Shown here in pieces: positions 46,960 through 59,408 of a DNA stretch of 64,000 bases. The stretch comes from Balanoglossus misakiensis (lineage: Eukaryota > Animalia > Hemichordata). The DNA lies in the NCBI GenBank assembly GCA_040954595.2, contig CM082580.2, positions 734,783-798,782 of the forward strand, in the 5' to 3' direction. Each line of letters begins with the position of its first letter. Position 1 is the first letter of the stretch. The notes under the pieces were generated by a model. It saw nothing but the letters and a program-made list of their open reading frames with translations. It made no database searches and was not told the origin of the DNA. A program made the position numbers and the translations under genes.

Positions 46960-47400
46960 TGTTTTATTTGGTCCCATTTGTATAGGTATATACAGTGGGA
47001 CCTTATGGATTTGGTTGCGTCTGTATGTATGTATGGACATATGGACGGATAGATGGATGTATGTCCGTACACATCAAAAACTTGAAAACCGTTGCGCCAA
47101 TAACCTCGATATTTGGTGTGTAGATGCATGCTAGGCTGTAGATGGGAGTTTGTTCAAACGAAGTTGTCATTGCCAAAAATATATACAAATTAGCTGGGAA
47201 AACCTTAATTTGGTCAAAACTCAGAAACACGACAAGTCCTGGTCATGTTGATTTGAAAAAATGGTATGATAGTACCTTATATTAGCCTCACACATTTCTG
47301 TATGTTTTAAGCTAATAGTGTGAATTTTCTACTTGTTATGCATTTTTTGTCTTTTTCCACATTTTTGGTAAAAAATCTACTTTTCTGGAATTGATCAGCC
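46960..47400 (+). mobile_element. Possible non-autonomous Helentron/HINE (DINE-1-like) element
   Basis: Short inverted repeat GGTCCCA...TGGGACC, then a GTAT/GGAT microsatellite and AAACCG...ATATTTGGTGTGTAGATG core. Right boundary uncertain. Confidence 0.45.
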
Positions 47401-47654
47401 GACTTCTGTGAAATTTACTATGGAGCTTCATATAGGTGATCTGAGTTACATGATGGATACCAACGTAAAACCACATATTGCCACCAGTCAAATATGTTGA
47501 AAACAGTGTCATATTTGCTACCGAAACAGATCCTACTGTATCCTTTAACACCCCATTAGGGAACATGTATTCAAAGCATAGTAAGTTTCCACAGTGGGAA
47601 AAATACATGCAGTAAATGTCACAGTGCATTGTTAACAATGCATAAATTAGATAA

Positions 47655-49520
47655 TTAAGTCAAAGGCTGACATTTCTCACTGTGTGTGACCAGGGTATCA
47701 TTTTAAACACAGACTGGACTTTGAGTATTGTGTCCAATGGAAAAAATACATCAGCATCTACGTCTGCAAAAATGGTGTCAGAACTGACATATCTTATCAT
47801 GTATGCCATCGAACTCAAATGATAAAATCTTCCTTTCATGTGACCTGTCTGGTTAAAGTTTACTGCCAACATTTCACCATGCTTTACCCACCCAAGACAC
47901 AGTGTGTCAAATCCAATATTTGGTTCAATGAATGAACCATGAAAGTTTCCGAATTGGTACTACCCGAAAACGTCACATCAAGCTAAATTTGGAATTTTGA
48001 TGGGGTGGGGAGGTAAAGCTTATCTAACATATAGTCGTTTAGATTAAACACTATGCCTGTGAGTTACATGTTAATATTTTCTGCATGTCTGTCGCGTACA
48101 ATGCGTCGGTGCGCAAAAATGATCACAGGTACTATTCAGAAGAATTCCGCTGATTCATGATGACTATGTGCATGGAAAAACCCTGATTATGATCTAACTG
48201 ATAAACAATAGCATGATATTAATAAAATATACACATTAACCAATGAATGAACCATCATGAAGATTGTGCCCTAACACTTATTTAAGCTTTTATCACTATT
48301 ATACCTGTGTCATTACTAAAGATATGAACAGCCCTGTACACCAAAGCTATCACCACATTTGTTAACCTTTATTACACCATTCATATGAAACCATTCACCA
48401 TCATCAACCTCTATTATATTCATTGTTTTGCCCATTATAATCTGTGTACCCTCAATTTTACCACAAACCATCACCACATCAGTTAACTGTTTATTAAACA
48501 CTTCCACATGTGTTGCCCATTATTATACCATTGAAATTTGTAAATCGATCATTATACCTATCATACAAGCAATTGCTGATTGCTGTTAACCCTTGTGTAC
48601 CACAAGCCATTATCATGAAATAGGCAACATGAATTTCACATAACACAGTTTGTCAGCTCTGAAAATGAAGTTATCATGATCATTATCTATGCTAATTAAA
48701 AGTGTACGTGGGAAATTGACCTTAGCAGGCGCTGCCTTATTAAGCTCAAAGTCAGAGTATAAATAAATGTACAGGCGTATAAATTAGACAACATCAATAT
48801 AACGCAGATAACACAGTTTGTCAACTCTGAGAATATTGTTCTCAGGACCATTTCCCATGCTTAATTAAAGTGTTGTGTATGTGGTACAGTTTGGATTCCT
48901 TGTCAGATTTCCTATAACACAGGTCGTGAGCCCCGAAAAGTACCATAACACAATTCTCATGAACATTTTCCATGATCAATAAAAGTGTTGTGTGTAGCAT
49001 AGTCATTTTTCCGTTTGCTGTGACATTTGTCTCCCTGTGAGAGTTTAAGTAAATGTGGAAACACGCAAATTAGGCAACACCAATATCCCGTACATAATTC
49101 AGTGTGTTTTGTTCGCATTTTTGGTTGCCATTTTGAAAATGAACAAAGGACTTTCCATTGACCAACACCCGTATGAATACGTCCAAATTACCCAACTTTA
49201 ATATTCCTTAAATAATTGGTCAGCTCTGCAAATATTTTTCACCTGACCACTTCCTTAGCTAGGTAAGAGTGTTGTTTATGTAATAATATTAATATAATAT
49301 TTATAACTTATGTAGCACATTAAATCTCAACATGCTTTAAAGTTGTTCCATGGTCATTTGACCTAGGTCGTTGGACCTAAACATTCCATTCAACTCCCTG
49401 GGGAGTACAGCTCACCATCATTAGCAATGTCAAATTACAGTGCTTTTGGCCACATATCAACCTGGGGATTTACAGACAACTTAAAATCCCCCTCAGCATG
49501 CATTTAATCCCCATGTCAAA
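47655..49520 (+). repeat. Segmental duplication C, copy 1
   Basis: Colinear with 61754-63450; starts at TTAAGTCAAAGGCTGA. Confidence 0.92.
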
Positions 49521-50060
49521 GTGCAGAGCTTGCATCACCATCTACCCCTTACAGTACTTATGGCCATGTATTAACCTAGGGATTTACAGTCAACATTAAA
49601 TACCCATGCATATATTAACCTGGGAATTTACATTCAACATTAAATACCCATGCATATATTAACCTGGGAATTTACATTCAACATTAAATACCTATGCACA
49701 TGCATTAAATACGTATGCCAAAGCGCAGAGCTTGGATCACCATCTACACTGATGCATCATTAGGCTTGCTACGCCATTTCCCCTAATGCAAAGAATCACA
49801 TTCAATGTCACCATTGTATTAGCTATGTCAAATTTCAGTGCTTTTGGACTTGTATTAACCCAGGGATTTTCAGTCAACTTTTAATCCCCACATGCATTTA
49901 ATACCCATGTCAAAGTGAAGTGTTTGCATCACTATCTACCGGGATGCATCATCAAGCTTGCATCGCCATTTACCCTGATGCAAAGAATCAGATTCAGTGT
50001 CACCATTTCATTAGCAATGTAAAATAAAATTGCTTTTTGCCAAGTATTAACCAGGGGTAC
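49420..50060 (+). repeat. Degenerate tandem repeats (~50-bp and ~190-bp units)
   Basis: TATTAACCTGGG(G/A)ATTTACA...CAAC...AAATACCC recurs several times. Confidence 0.65.
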
Positions 50061-50451
50061 CAATTCTCTGCCCTAGCAAGGGCCAGGGGTACTTATTCTC
50101 TGCCCTAGTAAAGTTTACAATCCCATAAATCACTATTGCAATAACATGAACTATGACATGTTCAATGCACAGCAAAACAGCAGCAACCAATCCAATTGAA
50201 TGTTAAAACATGTCTCAATATTTATTATCAAATATTAATTTTTAAGATTACCCTAAGAAGTCTCTATAGTATCACACATTTTAACATCTAGGCTAGCTGA
50301 TGATAAGTAATACTTACCAGAAACTTGTCCATATCTGATGCTTTTTGACAACAATACCAAAAGTGGTTCACAATGTGGGTCACCCATTTCAGCAGTGGTT
50401 TGCACTCTTTGTTTTGTGCAGCCTTAAAAAAACACAGAATACACTCATGAT

Positions 50452-50605
50452 TGTGATGTCCGGGGAGGGGTTATTGACAGTCGACAACGACGGAGTTCCA
50501 CAGAAGTGATGTTTATTGAATGACAACCACGCGGGAACTAACAGTTACAGGAAATCACGTATACAGACCATGTGACAATCACGTGATCATGACAATACTA
50601 TCACA
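50452..50605 (-). repeat. 3' LTR
   Basis: TGTGATG...TATCACA; appears identical to 55298-55451; preceded on the minus strand by purine tract AAAGTTGAGGAGA. Confidence 0.95.
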
Positions 50606-51078
50606 TCTCCTCAACTTTAGAAGAAAACTTGTACTTTAAGTTTACAACTCGCTTTGGAAAGTATGAAATTTGCCAACACTGTCAAATTGTAATGCTTTGT
50701 GAATGATCATGTTCTAACAAACGAAAACAAACAGAACCTTAACCTTAACAAGAACTTGAGAACTTCATAACTAGGAAAATACAAATCTCCAAGAGAAAAT
50801 TTGCTCTACAGAAACTCATTCCATAATGTTTGTGGACAGTCTTATGTCAATATAATCTATCCTTCTGGCATGCAATAGTCTTTGTGCCAAGGAGGTTTAG
50901 ATTTTATTCTTGTTGAGCGTCTCACATCAGTACTATTGGGGTTTACATTTGTCTTAGGTGATATTGTCACTGGCATTGTTGGAGGAACATTTACAATCGT
51001 TTCCAACGATGCTGTACCAGTAGGTGAAACAGGACTAGGACATGCTGGTCCAGTTGATTTCTGACTAGAACAGACGGG

Positions 51079-52240
51079 TTATACTGGCAAGTTATCCAGG
51101 TTGTTATGTGTAGACAAATCATGGATATGGGGGTTACAGGATGGAACACCATTTTGAACCCTTTGAGGTTGTTCATATGTCAAATGTTTGGAGTTCCATT
51201 CAGTGCCCTGGAAGGAAAATTCTGGATATTCCTCAACATATTTCTTTACATGTCCAGTGGACCTTCTTTTTACACCTTTGGAGTTTTCCAATACTAACGC
51301 ACCTCCATCTTTCTGGATGACTTTGTATGGTTCTGTCTCGAAATTGGGAGTGAGTTTGTTTTGCCTAAATGCTTGCTGGAGCAAAACAGTATCACCTTCC
51401 CTGATATCTGAGGAAGTGGCATGTCTCCTGTTGTCGGCATAGAACTTTTGTTTCATTTTCATTCTGTTGTTTCTTTCTCTCATTTTGATTTGCCAATCAG
51501 ACTCATTGATTGTTTGGGATGGAATTCTCAGTCTAGGAATTTTGTCCCTAAACTCTCTTCCCATCAGAGCCATAGCAGGAGATATGCCTGTCACAGTATG
51601 GGGTGTATTTCTATATTCAAATAGAAAATGTGTCAAATCTTTGTACCAACTTTTCTTTTGCAATTTAGCAATTCGTACAGACTTCAAAATTATTTCATTC
51701 AGCCTCTCAACACTTCCATTGCTCTGAGGCCAGTATGGAATGGAATATTCATGATCAATACCTAAGTAATCAAGGAAACCTTCAAACTCGGCTGAGGTAA
51801 AAGGTGGACCATTGTCTGATTTGACACAGTAAGGCAACCCATGTGTAAGAAACATAGCTTCCATGGCTTTTATGACATGGGCAGCATCTGTTTTCTTTAA
51901 CAAAACTACTTCAGGCCATCTAGAGTATAAATCAGTTACCACTAGTAATTTCTCACCATCACATACATCCAAAAGATCAACTGCTAAATCGAACCATGGT
52001 CCTTCAGGTAACTGTGTGGGTAATAATGGCTCTGGGTTTGGCCTGGCACTGACCAATTGACATGGATGACAGGATCGTATCAGTTTTTCCACATCCCTGT
52101 CCATTCCTGGCCACCAAACTCTGTCACGTAAACGAGCCTTTGTCCTCACAATTCCCTGATGACCCTGGTGTGCAATTTTCAAGATTTTTCTTTGCAAAAC
52201 TTGAGGAACAACCAATCTGTTACCACGCATATCAATCTGC
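51079..52240 (-). CDS. Integrase portion of pol
   Basis: AHQGHQG...CHPC, AVDLL, SDNGPPF, SNGSVERLN; joined to RNase H by a frameshift near 52240. Confidence 0.9.
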
Positions 52241-53675
52241 CATACAACCATAATTCGTCTTTCACATGCCAATAGGGTGAAGACTTCAATTTTGACCAAT
52301 TTGCAGAGGTAATACACTTTTCAACCAATTGCAAGCTCTGGTCTTTTGCAGATTCTCTCTCAATATCACGTGGGGTGATAGCAGATGGCATAGCCTCTAA
52401 AACAACACTACATGCAAAATCTTCAGTCTCTCTACAATAGTTGTCAGATGGTTCGTCCACGGGCAATCTACTCAACATGTCCGCATAATTATTCTTTCCC
52501 TTGATATGGGTGATATGATAATCAAATTGTTGCATATATAACAGCCATCTCTCAATTCTAGCTGAAGGGGGCCTGGAGTTAGGGCTGAATACTTTCAATA
52601 AAGGCTTATGGTCAGTTCTGACCTCAAAATGACTGCCTAGCAGAAACTGCTGAAGTTTCTCACATGCCCATTTAACTCCAAGCGCCTCTCGCTCAAACTG
52701 AGAGTACCTCGACTCAACATGTGTAAGCTTTCTGCTAACATAGTACACTGGTTGATATGAACCATTACTTTGCATTTGTTCAAGGATTGCTCCAACACCA
52801 ACGGGCGATGCATCAGAAGTGACTCGAGTTTTAGCACCCTGCTTGAAATAAGCCATGAATGGACTTGTGGTCAATTTATGTTTGATGAGATTGAATACTT
52901 TCTCATGCTTGGGAAGCCATTTCCACTTTGCATCTTTGCGAGTCAAATCCCACAGTGGGCTTGTCACTGTTGCAAATTTATCGACATATTTTGAGCAAAA
53001 TTGAGCCAGCCCAAAGAAACTTCTCAATTCTGATTTGTCAGTTGGCGTTCGAGCTTTTACAATAGCTTTGACCTTCTCATCAGTGAGTTTCATACCCTGG
53101 GCCGTCATCAAGTGACCCATGAATATCATACTGTCTCCTAGCTTACATTTTGTAAAGTTCAGCGTTAAACCATGCTCACTAAAACGCTTGATCACTTTCC
53201 CAACTCTGGCATGCAGCTGCTCATAATTTTCAGCTACTACTCTAATATCATCATGCATGTTGTGGGCACCCTCACAGCCCTTCAAAACCTGGCTAATTAG
53301 ATTTTGAAACTTTTCAGTCGCCATGTTCACACCAAAAACTAAACGCTTGTAGCGATACAAAGAGTTGGGCCCTGAAAAGGTTGTAATATCCCTGCTCTTT
53401 TCATCGAGCTCAATTTGATGGAAAGCCATATTCATATCAAGCTTGCAAAATACCTTGGCCCCTGAAATTTCCTCTAGCGTTTCATCCATGGTGGGAACAG
53501 GGTGTCTTTCCCTAACAATGGCTTGATTTGCTTTTCTCATGTCCAGACATAGTCTGATATCCCCATCAGGCTTTTGTACTGTTACAAGGGGGTTGACCCA
53601 AGAGGTCGGACCCGAAACCTTCTCTATTACTCCCAGCTTTTGAAGCTCGTTGAGTTTTTTCAACAACTTTAGCAC
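52179..53675 (-). CDS. Reverse transcriptase and RNase H portion of pol
   Basis: CLDMRKAN, LDMNMAFHQIEL, LVFGVN, MHDD, DASPVG, YSQFEREAL, TDHKPL, NYADMLSR. Confidence 0.92.
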   Translation of the reverse strand: MLKLLKKLNELQKLGVIEKVSGPTSWVNPLVTVQKPDGDIRLCLDMRKANQAIVRERHPVPTMDETLEEISGAKVFCKLDMNMAFHQIELDEKSRDITTFSGPNSLYRYKRLVFGVNMATEKFQNLISQVLKGCEGAHNMHDDIRVVAENYEQLHARVGKVIKRFSEHGLTLNFTKCKLGDSMIFMGHLMTAQGMKLTDEKVKAIVKARTPTDKSELRSFFGLAQFCSKYVDKFATVTSPLWDLTRKDAKWKWLPKHEKVFNLIKHKLTTSPFMAYFKQGAKTRVTSDASPVGVGAILEQMQSNGSYQPVYYVSRKLTHVESRYSQFEREALGVKWACEKLQQFLLGSHFEVRTDHKPLLKVFSPNSRPPSARIERWLLYMQQFDYHITHIKGKNNYADMLSRLPVDEPSDNYCRETEDFACSVVLEAMPSAITPRDIERESAKDQSLQLVEKCITSANWSKLKSSPYWHVKDELWLYGRLICVVTDWLFLKFCKEKS

Positions 53676-55197
53676 GGCGGTTGAAAGGAATTCGCCGGTA
53701 CTGGGCTATGGGTTTGACACTCTCATCAATATGCAAATGGAGCTTGTAGCCCTTTAACTTACCCAACCCATTAAATACCTCAGAATATTTCCTCCGCAAT
53801 TCTGCAAGAATTGGCGAAGAATTATCAGCAGATATTGAATTTATCGTGTACAGATTCACATTTCCAACTCTCAACATATCTAAATTCTCAGAAGTACTCC
53901 GACTCAACAAAATCGGTTGATCAGCCTTGATCACTATAAAATCAGCAATACATTTCTTTTTAGTAGGCGCTTCAACATGTAAGGCACATTTACCCAATAT
54001 ATCTAAAGGTTTACTAGAACCATAGGTAAACACTTTATTGTTACAATTTCGAACTTTCACACCACGCTTTTCAGCAAGTCTGCGAAATTGTCTTTCACCA
54101 ATGAGATTACGTGTAGCACCACTGTCGATGATAACCGGCACGTGTTGATTCTCGATCTGAATACCTGTATCAGTGAGGTCCTTCCCACTGGAAGCACGGA
54201 AAGCAGCATTGAAAGCATAGTACGCTTTCTCCTCGTCAGTCTCGACGTCTGCATGGCCACCATCGGCGTTTGCATCAGTAGTCGTCTGAGCTACCTTGTG
54301 TGTACCGCGACCATCACCACGCGTACGGCCACGTCCACGTGCGCTGCGGTTATCACCACTGCCTCGACTGTTGCCATTTTCACTGTCTTTAGACGGACAG
54401 TCTTCCCACTTAGCACGACAGTCTGCAGCTCTGTGTCCCGGTTTTTGACATCGGAAACACCGGTCGGACTTTTGTTCGGCATTGCGAGAACTACCACTTG
54501 TACTGGCGCGACATTCACGTTGCATGTGACCTTTCCTTCCACAACGGAAACAGGCTAAGTCCGCCATTTTGTTTTTGGCGCGCGTACGTTTACCGCCAAT
54601 ATTGACTGCATTTGCACTCACAGCTTGAGTACCAGACACCAAAACTAGTGCATCTTTGTCGTGATACGACCGTATGATTTGTAGTAGTTTGGTAGTGTCC
54701 AAATTCTTTTCACGATACAGCTTGCTTTTTAGCACCTTGTCGCTGATGTAGAGCAAGACACGATCTCTTATCTGGTTGTCTTTTTCCGTCTCGGGAAAAT
54801 CACAGTCTTTCAGTAGGTTCTTGAGACGTATTACGTAGCTGTCGACCGTCTCCCCGGACGTGGGAGTTGCGCTGTAAAACTTCTGTCTCGCCATAGGAAC
54901 GTTTTTCTGCAGTTGAAAGTGTTTATCCAAACATGCTATCAACGTTGCGCAGTTTGTGACGTCACCAGTTTCATCTTCAGATTTAGTGCTAACAATGTCT
55001 CTGATGCCCGCTCCAGCCATGTGCAAAAGTAAGGCACGCTTCTGCGCATTATTTGAAACACCAGAAGCTGCTACGAACAGTTCAAATTCCTGAAGCCAAC
55101 GCTCCCACCTTTGCTGAAGAGCCTCCGGTTCGCCTTCACAGTCGAATCCCGCCACTCCTGGCAGTCCGGACAGCGTTACGGGTGTAGACATTTTCAT
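53566..55197 (-). CDS. Gag (two CCHC knuckles) and aspartic protease
   Basis: CFRCGRKGHMQREC, CFRCQKPGHRAADC, IIDSGAT; frameshift into RT near 53665. Confidence 0.92.
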   Translation of the reverse strand: MKMSTPVTLSGLPGVAGFDCEGEPEALQQRWERWLQEFELFVAASGVSNNAQKRALLLHMAGAGIRDIVSTKSEDETGDVTNCATLIACLDKHFQLQKNVPMARQKFYSATPTSGETVDSYVIRLKNLLKDCDFPETEKDNQIRDRVLLYISDKVLKSKLYREKNLDTTKLLQIIRSYHDKDALVLVSGTQAVSANAVNIGGKRTRAKNKMADLACFRCGRKGHMQRECRASTSGSSRNAEQKSDRCFRCQKPGHRAADCRAKWEDCPSKDSENGNSRGSGDNRSARGRGRTRGDGRGTHKVAQTTTDANADGGHADVETDEEKAYYAFNAAFRASSGKDLTDTGIQIENQHVPVIIDSGATRNLIGERQFRRLAEKRGVKVRNCNNKVFTYGSSKPLDILGKCALHVEAPTKKKCIADFIVIKADQPILLSRSTSENLDMLRVGNVNLYTINSISADNSSPILAELRRKYSEVFNGLGKLKGYKLHLHIDESVKPIAQYRRIPFNRRAKVVEKTQRASKAGSNREGFGSDLLGQPPCNSTKA

Positions 55198-55280
55198 GCA
55201 CTCAAATCACGGCTAAAAAGTCACCAAATCTCGTAAAGGTTGCTTGCGTATGTTCTTCGATAGTTAATTTAGACAACTAA

Positions 55281-55293
55281 ATCCTCGTCGCCA
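55281..55293 (-). promoter_or_regulatory. Primer-binding site, tRNA-Ser(GCU) type
   Basis: TGGCGACGAGGAT just inside the 5' LTR, complementary to the tRNA-Ser 3' end ATCCTCGTCGCCA. Confidence 0.85.
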
Positions 55294-55297
55294 TTTA

Positions 55298-55451
55298 TGT
55301 GATGTCCGGGGAGGGGTTATTGACAGTCGACAACGACGGAGTTCCACAGAAGTGATGTTTATTGAATGACAACCACGCGGGAACTAACAGTTACAGGAAA
55401 TCACGTATACAGACCATGTGACAATCACGTGATCATGACAATACTATCACA
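55298..55451 (-). repeat. 5' LTR
   Basis: Same sequence as 50452-50605. Confidence 0.95.
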
Positions 55452-55937
55452 ATGATCTGATATAAACTGATGGTTCATAACTATTCACCATAGACCTGAA
55501 CTTGTTTGTGACATTTACTGATGCAAATAACAACTGCACAATTTGAATATTGCCATAACTATTTTCAAAGGTAGTTTGACACCCACCCCACCCAAAATGA
55601 TAGAAGGATCAGTTAGTAACATTCTATACCCTTACATTTTTATGTGTCAGTGTCACACATATTTAGAAGATAAATGAAAACTGAATACAAGAATAAAAGT
55701 TTGTCTAACCTTTATGATCTTCTTTGACAAGTTCTTGGCAGCATGCCAAATGTCATGAGAATGTTTTATGTCTGGGTGATCGTCTCCTATAAGAGTGGGT
55801 AAATGTGATTACAAATGGAGCTTCAAAATGACAGTGTTATGATTGCCAAATACATTATCTCAGAAAAACAAAATCAACATTGACCTGTATAACAGCTTTG
55901 CTTTTGGCATTTCAAAGCAACATATAACCCAAGTTAA

Positions 55938-56732
55938 GATGGGTCCCTAGGATCTTTTTGCTCGTTGCTATGGGCCTTTATAGGACACTACACTCAATTT
56001 TGATCGAAACCGTTATGAACGTCCGACAAGGGGCTTGTAACTAGTTAAAAATACGCACGATTGTGTGCACACCCCCTGTCCGAGTATGGTTACGGCAGCT
56101 ACCGCCCGGCCATAGGCCGCCACGCTAATATGGCAAAGCAGCAGTCACCGATAGCGTGCGCGTCCTGTAACCACAGTAACTGGATCGAACGCTAAATATC
56201 CAATGTTTTGTACACAGAGATTTTGTACCGTTCACGAAAATCCCTAAGGCTTTTTTCATAGGCGACGTAGGCCAGCCAAATTTGACCTGCTTGTTGAGAA
56301 CGCACTTCCGCATAGTGTGACGGATCGTTTTTTCGGTTTTCGTCGTGCTAAGAAGCGATACCGGTGGAAGAGTGCGTCCAAAAACACCCAAAATCGATGA
56401 CTTTTTCAGGTGTGGTACGGGTATGCTGAAATCGTAGGATACAACGATAATATTCGAAAACAAAATCCGTCACGATCTTCCCTGGTTCAAGCAACTAATG
56501 AATACGTATCAAGTTCGTTTTTGAGGTCACGGAATAAAAAGCCTTAGGCTTTTGAAATTTGACCTAGCTAATTTGCATATCAATGGCGTCAGGGGGCGCG
56601 CGCTCACAATCGTGCAGATTTTCAACTAGTTACCAGCCCCTTGTTAGACTCTGAAAACGGCTTAGTCCAAATCGGGGTGTAATGTCCTATAAAGGCCCAT
56701 AGCAACGGGCAAAAAGATCCTAGGGACCCATC
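55938..56732. mobile_element. TTAA-specific non-autonomous TIR element in a Kolobok intron
   Basis: TTAA|GATGGGTCCCTAGGATCTTTTTGC...GCAAAAAGATCCTAGGGACCCATC|TTAA; TIRs longer than 50 bp. Confidence 0.88.
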
Positions 56733-58051
56733 TTAAAATCATAAAATTACACTTACTCATCAGAGCTGTAATCTGCATGTGGGCATCTGTTACGACTTCT
56801 TTGACATTTACACCTTTCTCCTGAAGCTGGTTTAGACTTTTAACAAGGCAGGCCTTTTCCATGTTTGTTGACTTCTTCTCTGTTTCTCTTTTGTCCATGG
56901 TTATTATCGACAGAATTTTCTTGGTGGTTTCCTCCATCACAGTATAGGTGCAATATTGCGCACAAAAACCCGGGGAATCCATTCGCCCATCACCTGAGAC
57001 ATAATCAAGTAAATATGTCAGTCAAATTATACATAAGTATGCATAAGTGAGAACATTTCCAATTCAATGATTTTACAATGAGTATGAAATGATGCAAATG
57101 AGGAAGTAAATGCCACCAAATAATAACTATTGTATTCTTTTCTAAATCAGCAGAATAGAGTGTGTAAGTATAAACTTTTAGACATAAATTACAAGTGCAT
57201 TGGCCGACATGTGATGGATAATCAGTGGGGTGAGCCAATCAGATTAGGTGCGTGTCATTAACAATGAAGCTAAAAACTTACCCAGTAAAACAAGTTCTTG
57301 GCCATCAAATGAATCAATGATGTCTTGTTGTTGTCGTATCCAAAATTCATCAAGACATGGTATTAAATAAGGTTTCTGAATTCTATTGTAAGTATTCTGG
57401 GAGCAAATTCTGAGTGACAGAATGCTTGCCAAAAAATTAATTTTGGCATAATTATTACCAGACAATAGAATGGCAGCTGCTGTGAAGAGATCACCACTAT
57501 GAAGTCTCCTGTTCAAAATTGGTTGTGAACACCATTCGTACTCAAGGTGACCAGCTGAGCATTCCTGAAAAAAAAAAGTTTAAAGATTCATGCTTATTTG
57601 ATCATTTCATGTTGATTTCTCCAAGACACGATAAAACAGATGTTAATACCGATAACTTTGTAATTTCAGTTGACTATTGTTTTTTATTATAAACCTAAAG
57701 GAACAATGTGCACCCACATAGGATTATAACTAGAGTTTCCTGTTCATCTAAATAATACTGGCATAGTGATTGTCCATACAATGCACACTACAGTTGGTAT
57801 AGTTTAACAATAATTGTCAAGAATATACCATATTTAGTTCACACTCACCCACTTTAGATATAAAGCTGAGCCAACAAACTTTGAAGTAGAGGATATCAAT
57901 CCACTGCAAGACTTCAATGCACAGACTTGCCTAATAGATTTTTTGCCAAGGGCCAGAAGCTGGTTAAAAAAAACAGACATGTTGTAGAGTCACCAAGGAG
58001 GCTTTCCCCATCTTCTTCTGTGACAACTCTCTGCAGACCCGGTGATGGTGT

Positions 58052-58088
<37 letters not shown>

Positions 58089-59260
58089 CCACCGTCACTT
58101 TCAATATCGTCGTCACCAATGGCAGGAACCACCTGCACGCCATTAGTTCTGAGAAATGGACAAAAAATCCTAACAATGCTCATGACTTGTCCATCAGAGT
58201 TTGTCAGTCAGCTGTTAGTACAAATGTTGTAAGTTGATGTTTCATTCATAAAAGAAAATTTATCATATATATGAATTTTAGCGTCCAACACTTAGGCTTT
58301 TTTTAACCATGAGGATATTTTGCTTTCCATTTGTTGTGTACCCATCCAATAAGGAACTTTGATGATAGTGATAAATGCGCACTTACATTATAGAAATATC
58401 AAAGCTGGGCTCATAGTCATAATCATCATCGTCACATAGGTTCATGTCTTCCTCTTTGTCTTCCTCAGAAATATCAATGCTCAACCTGGTAGTAATAAAA
58501 CCAAGGAATTAATCTGAATAGTGGGACAATGCTGCTCACTAAAAATACATATAGTCACTCATAAGCACAAAAAAGAAAGAAAACATTTCCCATGAATTTA
58601 AGTACAAGCAAATGTTCTGACACACGTGATGCATGTCATGAAACTGATTTTCCCAACAAATTTAAATTTAGTGTAACAGGAGAAAAGAAGCAATCGAAAA
58701 GGCTTGCTCAAGCAAGGGAAACATGCATGCCGTATATGACAATAGAATAAGGAAAACTTACTCAAATGGATTGATGAAAGACTCAGACAAATTTCTTGGA
58801 AATCTTACACGGCCGCTGGAGAAAAAAATGACAAAATAGGCACACATGAGACGGCAATATGTACTGAACTAATTTACAGCTGTGAACTAAATATAACACA
58901 CATGAAAATTGAACTCTGAAACAAAGTGACAGGGGCACACAGGGACAGCAGCATCACTGCTTATTTTTACAGGTTCCTCTCTATCTTGGTTTCACACAAG
59001 TAAATTTAGGGTGCTTGGTAAACATTTGCCATTTTGCTTTCTAAGAAATATTTTCATGTTGATAGCTACACAGAATAACTTATTCACACAAGCATAAGCA
59101 AGGGAGTTAGAAATTAGTACATTTACATGTATGTAAAGCAGTCGCTCCTGCTTTTGTCCTAAAGCAGGAGATTAATGTTTATCACAAAAGGTACAAAAGA
59201 GGGGGAAAGCCACATTTCACTATAAAAGTTTACCTAACTACAGTTTATCTTCAGATTAAT

Positions 59261-59408
59261 AGAATCTCACACTCCCAAGGACCTGGGATCACATTTCTCA
59301 CAAGAGTTGGGGATTTTCTGTCCCACACGAGCCGCAGGCTAGTGTGGGACAGAATATCCCCGACGAGTGTGAGAAATATGATCCCAGGTCCTTGGTGTGT
59401 GAGATTCT
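59261..59408. repeat. Long hairpin (palindromic element) in an intron
   Basis: AGAATCTCACAC...TGTCCCACAC-GAGCCGCAGGCTA-GTGTGGGACAG...GTGTGAGATTCT; arms about 68 bp. Confidence 0.8.

Larger units (their letters stand above)
50452..55451 (-). mobile_element. Full-length Mag-type Gypsy LTR retrotransposon inside a Kolobok intron
   Basis: Two 154-bp LTRs, 5-bp TSD ATGAT (50447-50451 and 55452-55456), PBS, gag-PR-RT-RH-IN order. Confidence 0.95.

Noticed and set aside
57927-58232. Poly-Ser or poly-Met ORFs
   Set aside because: Alternative frames of the (GAT)n poly-Asp tract in a transposase exon.
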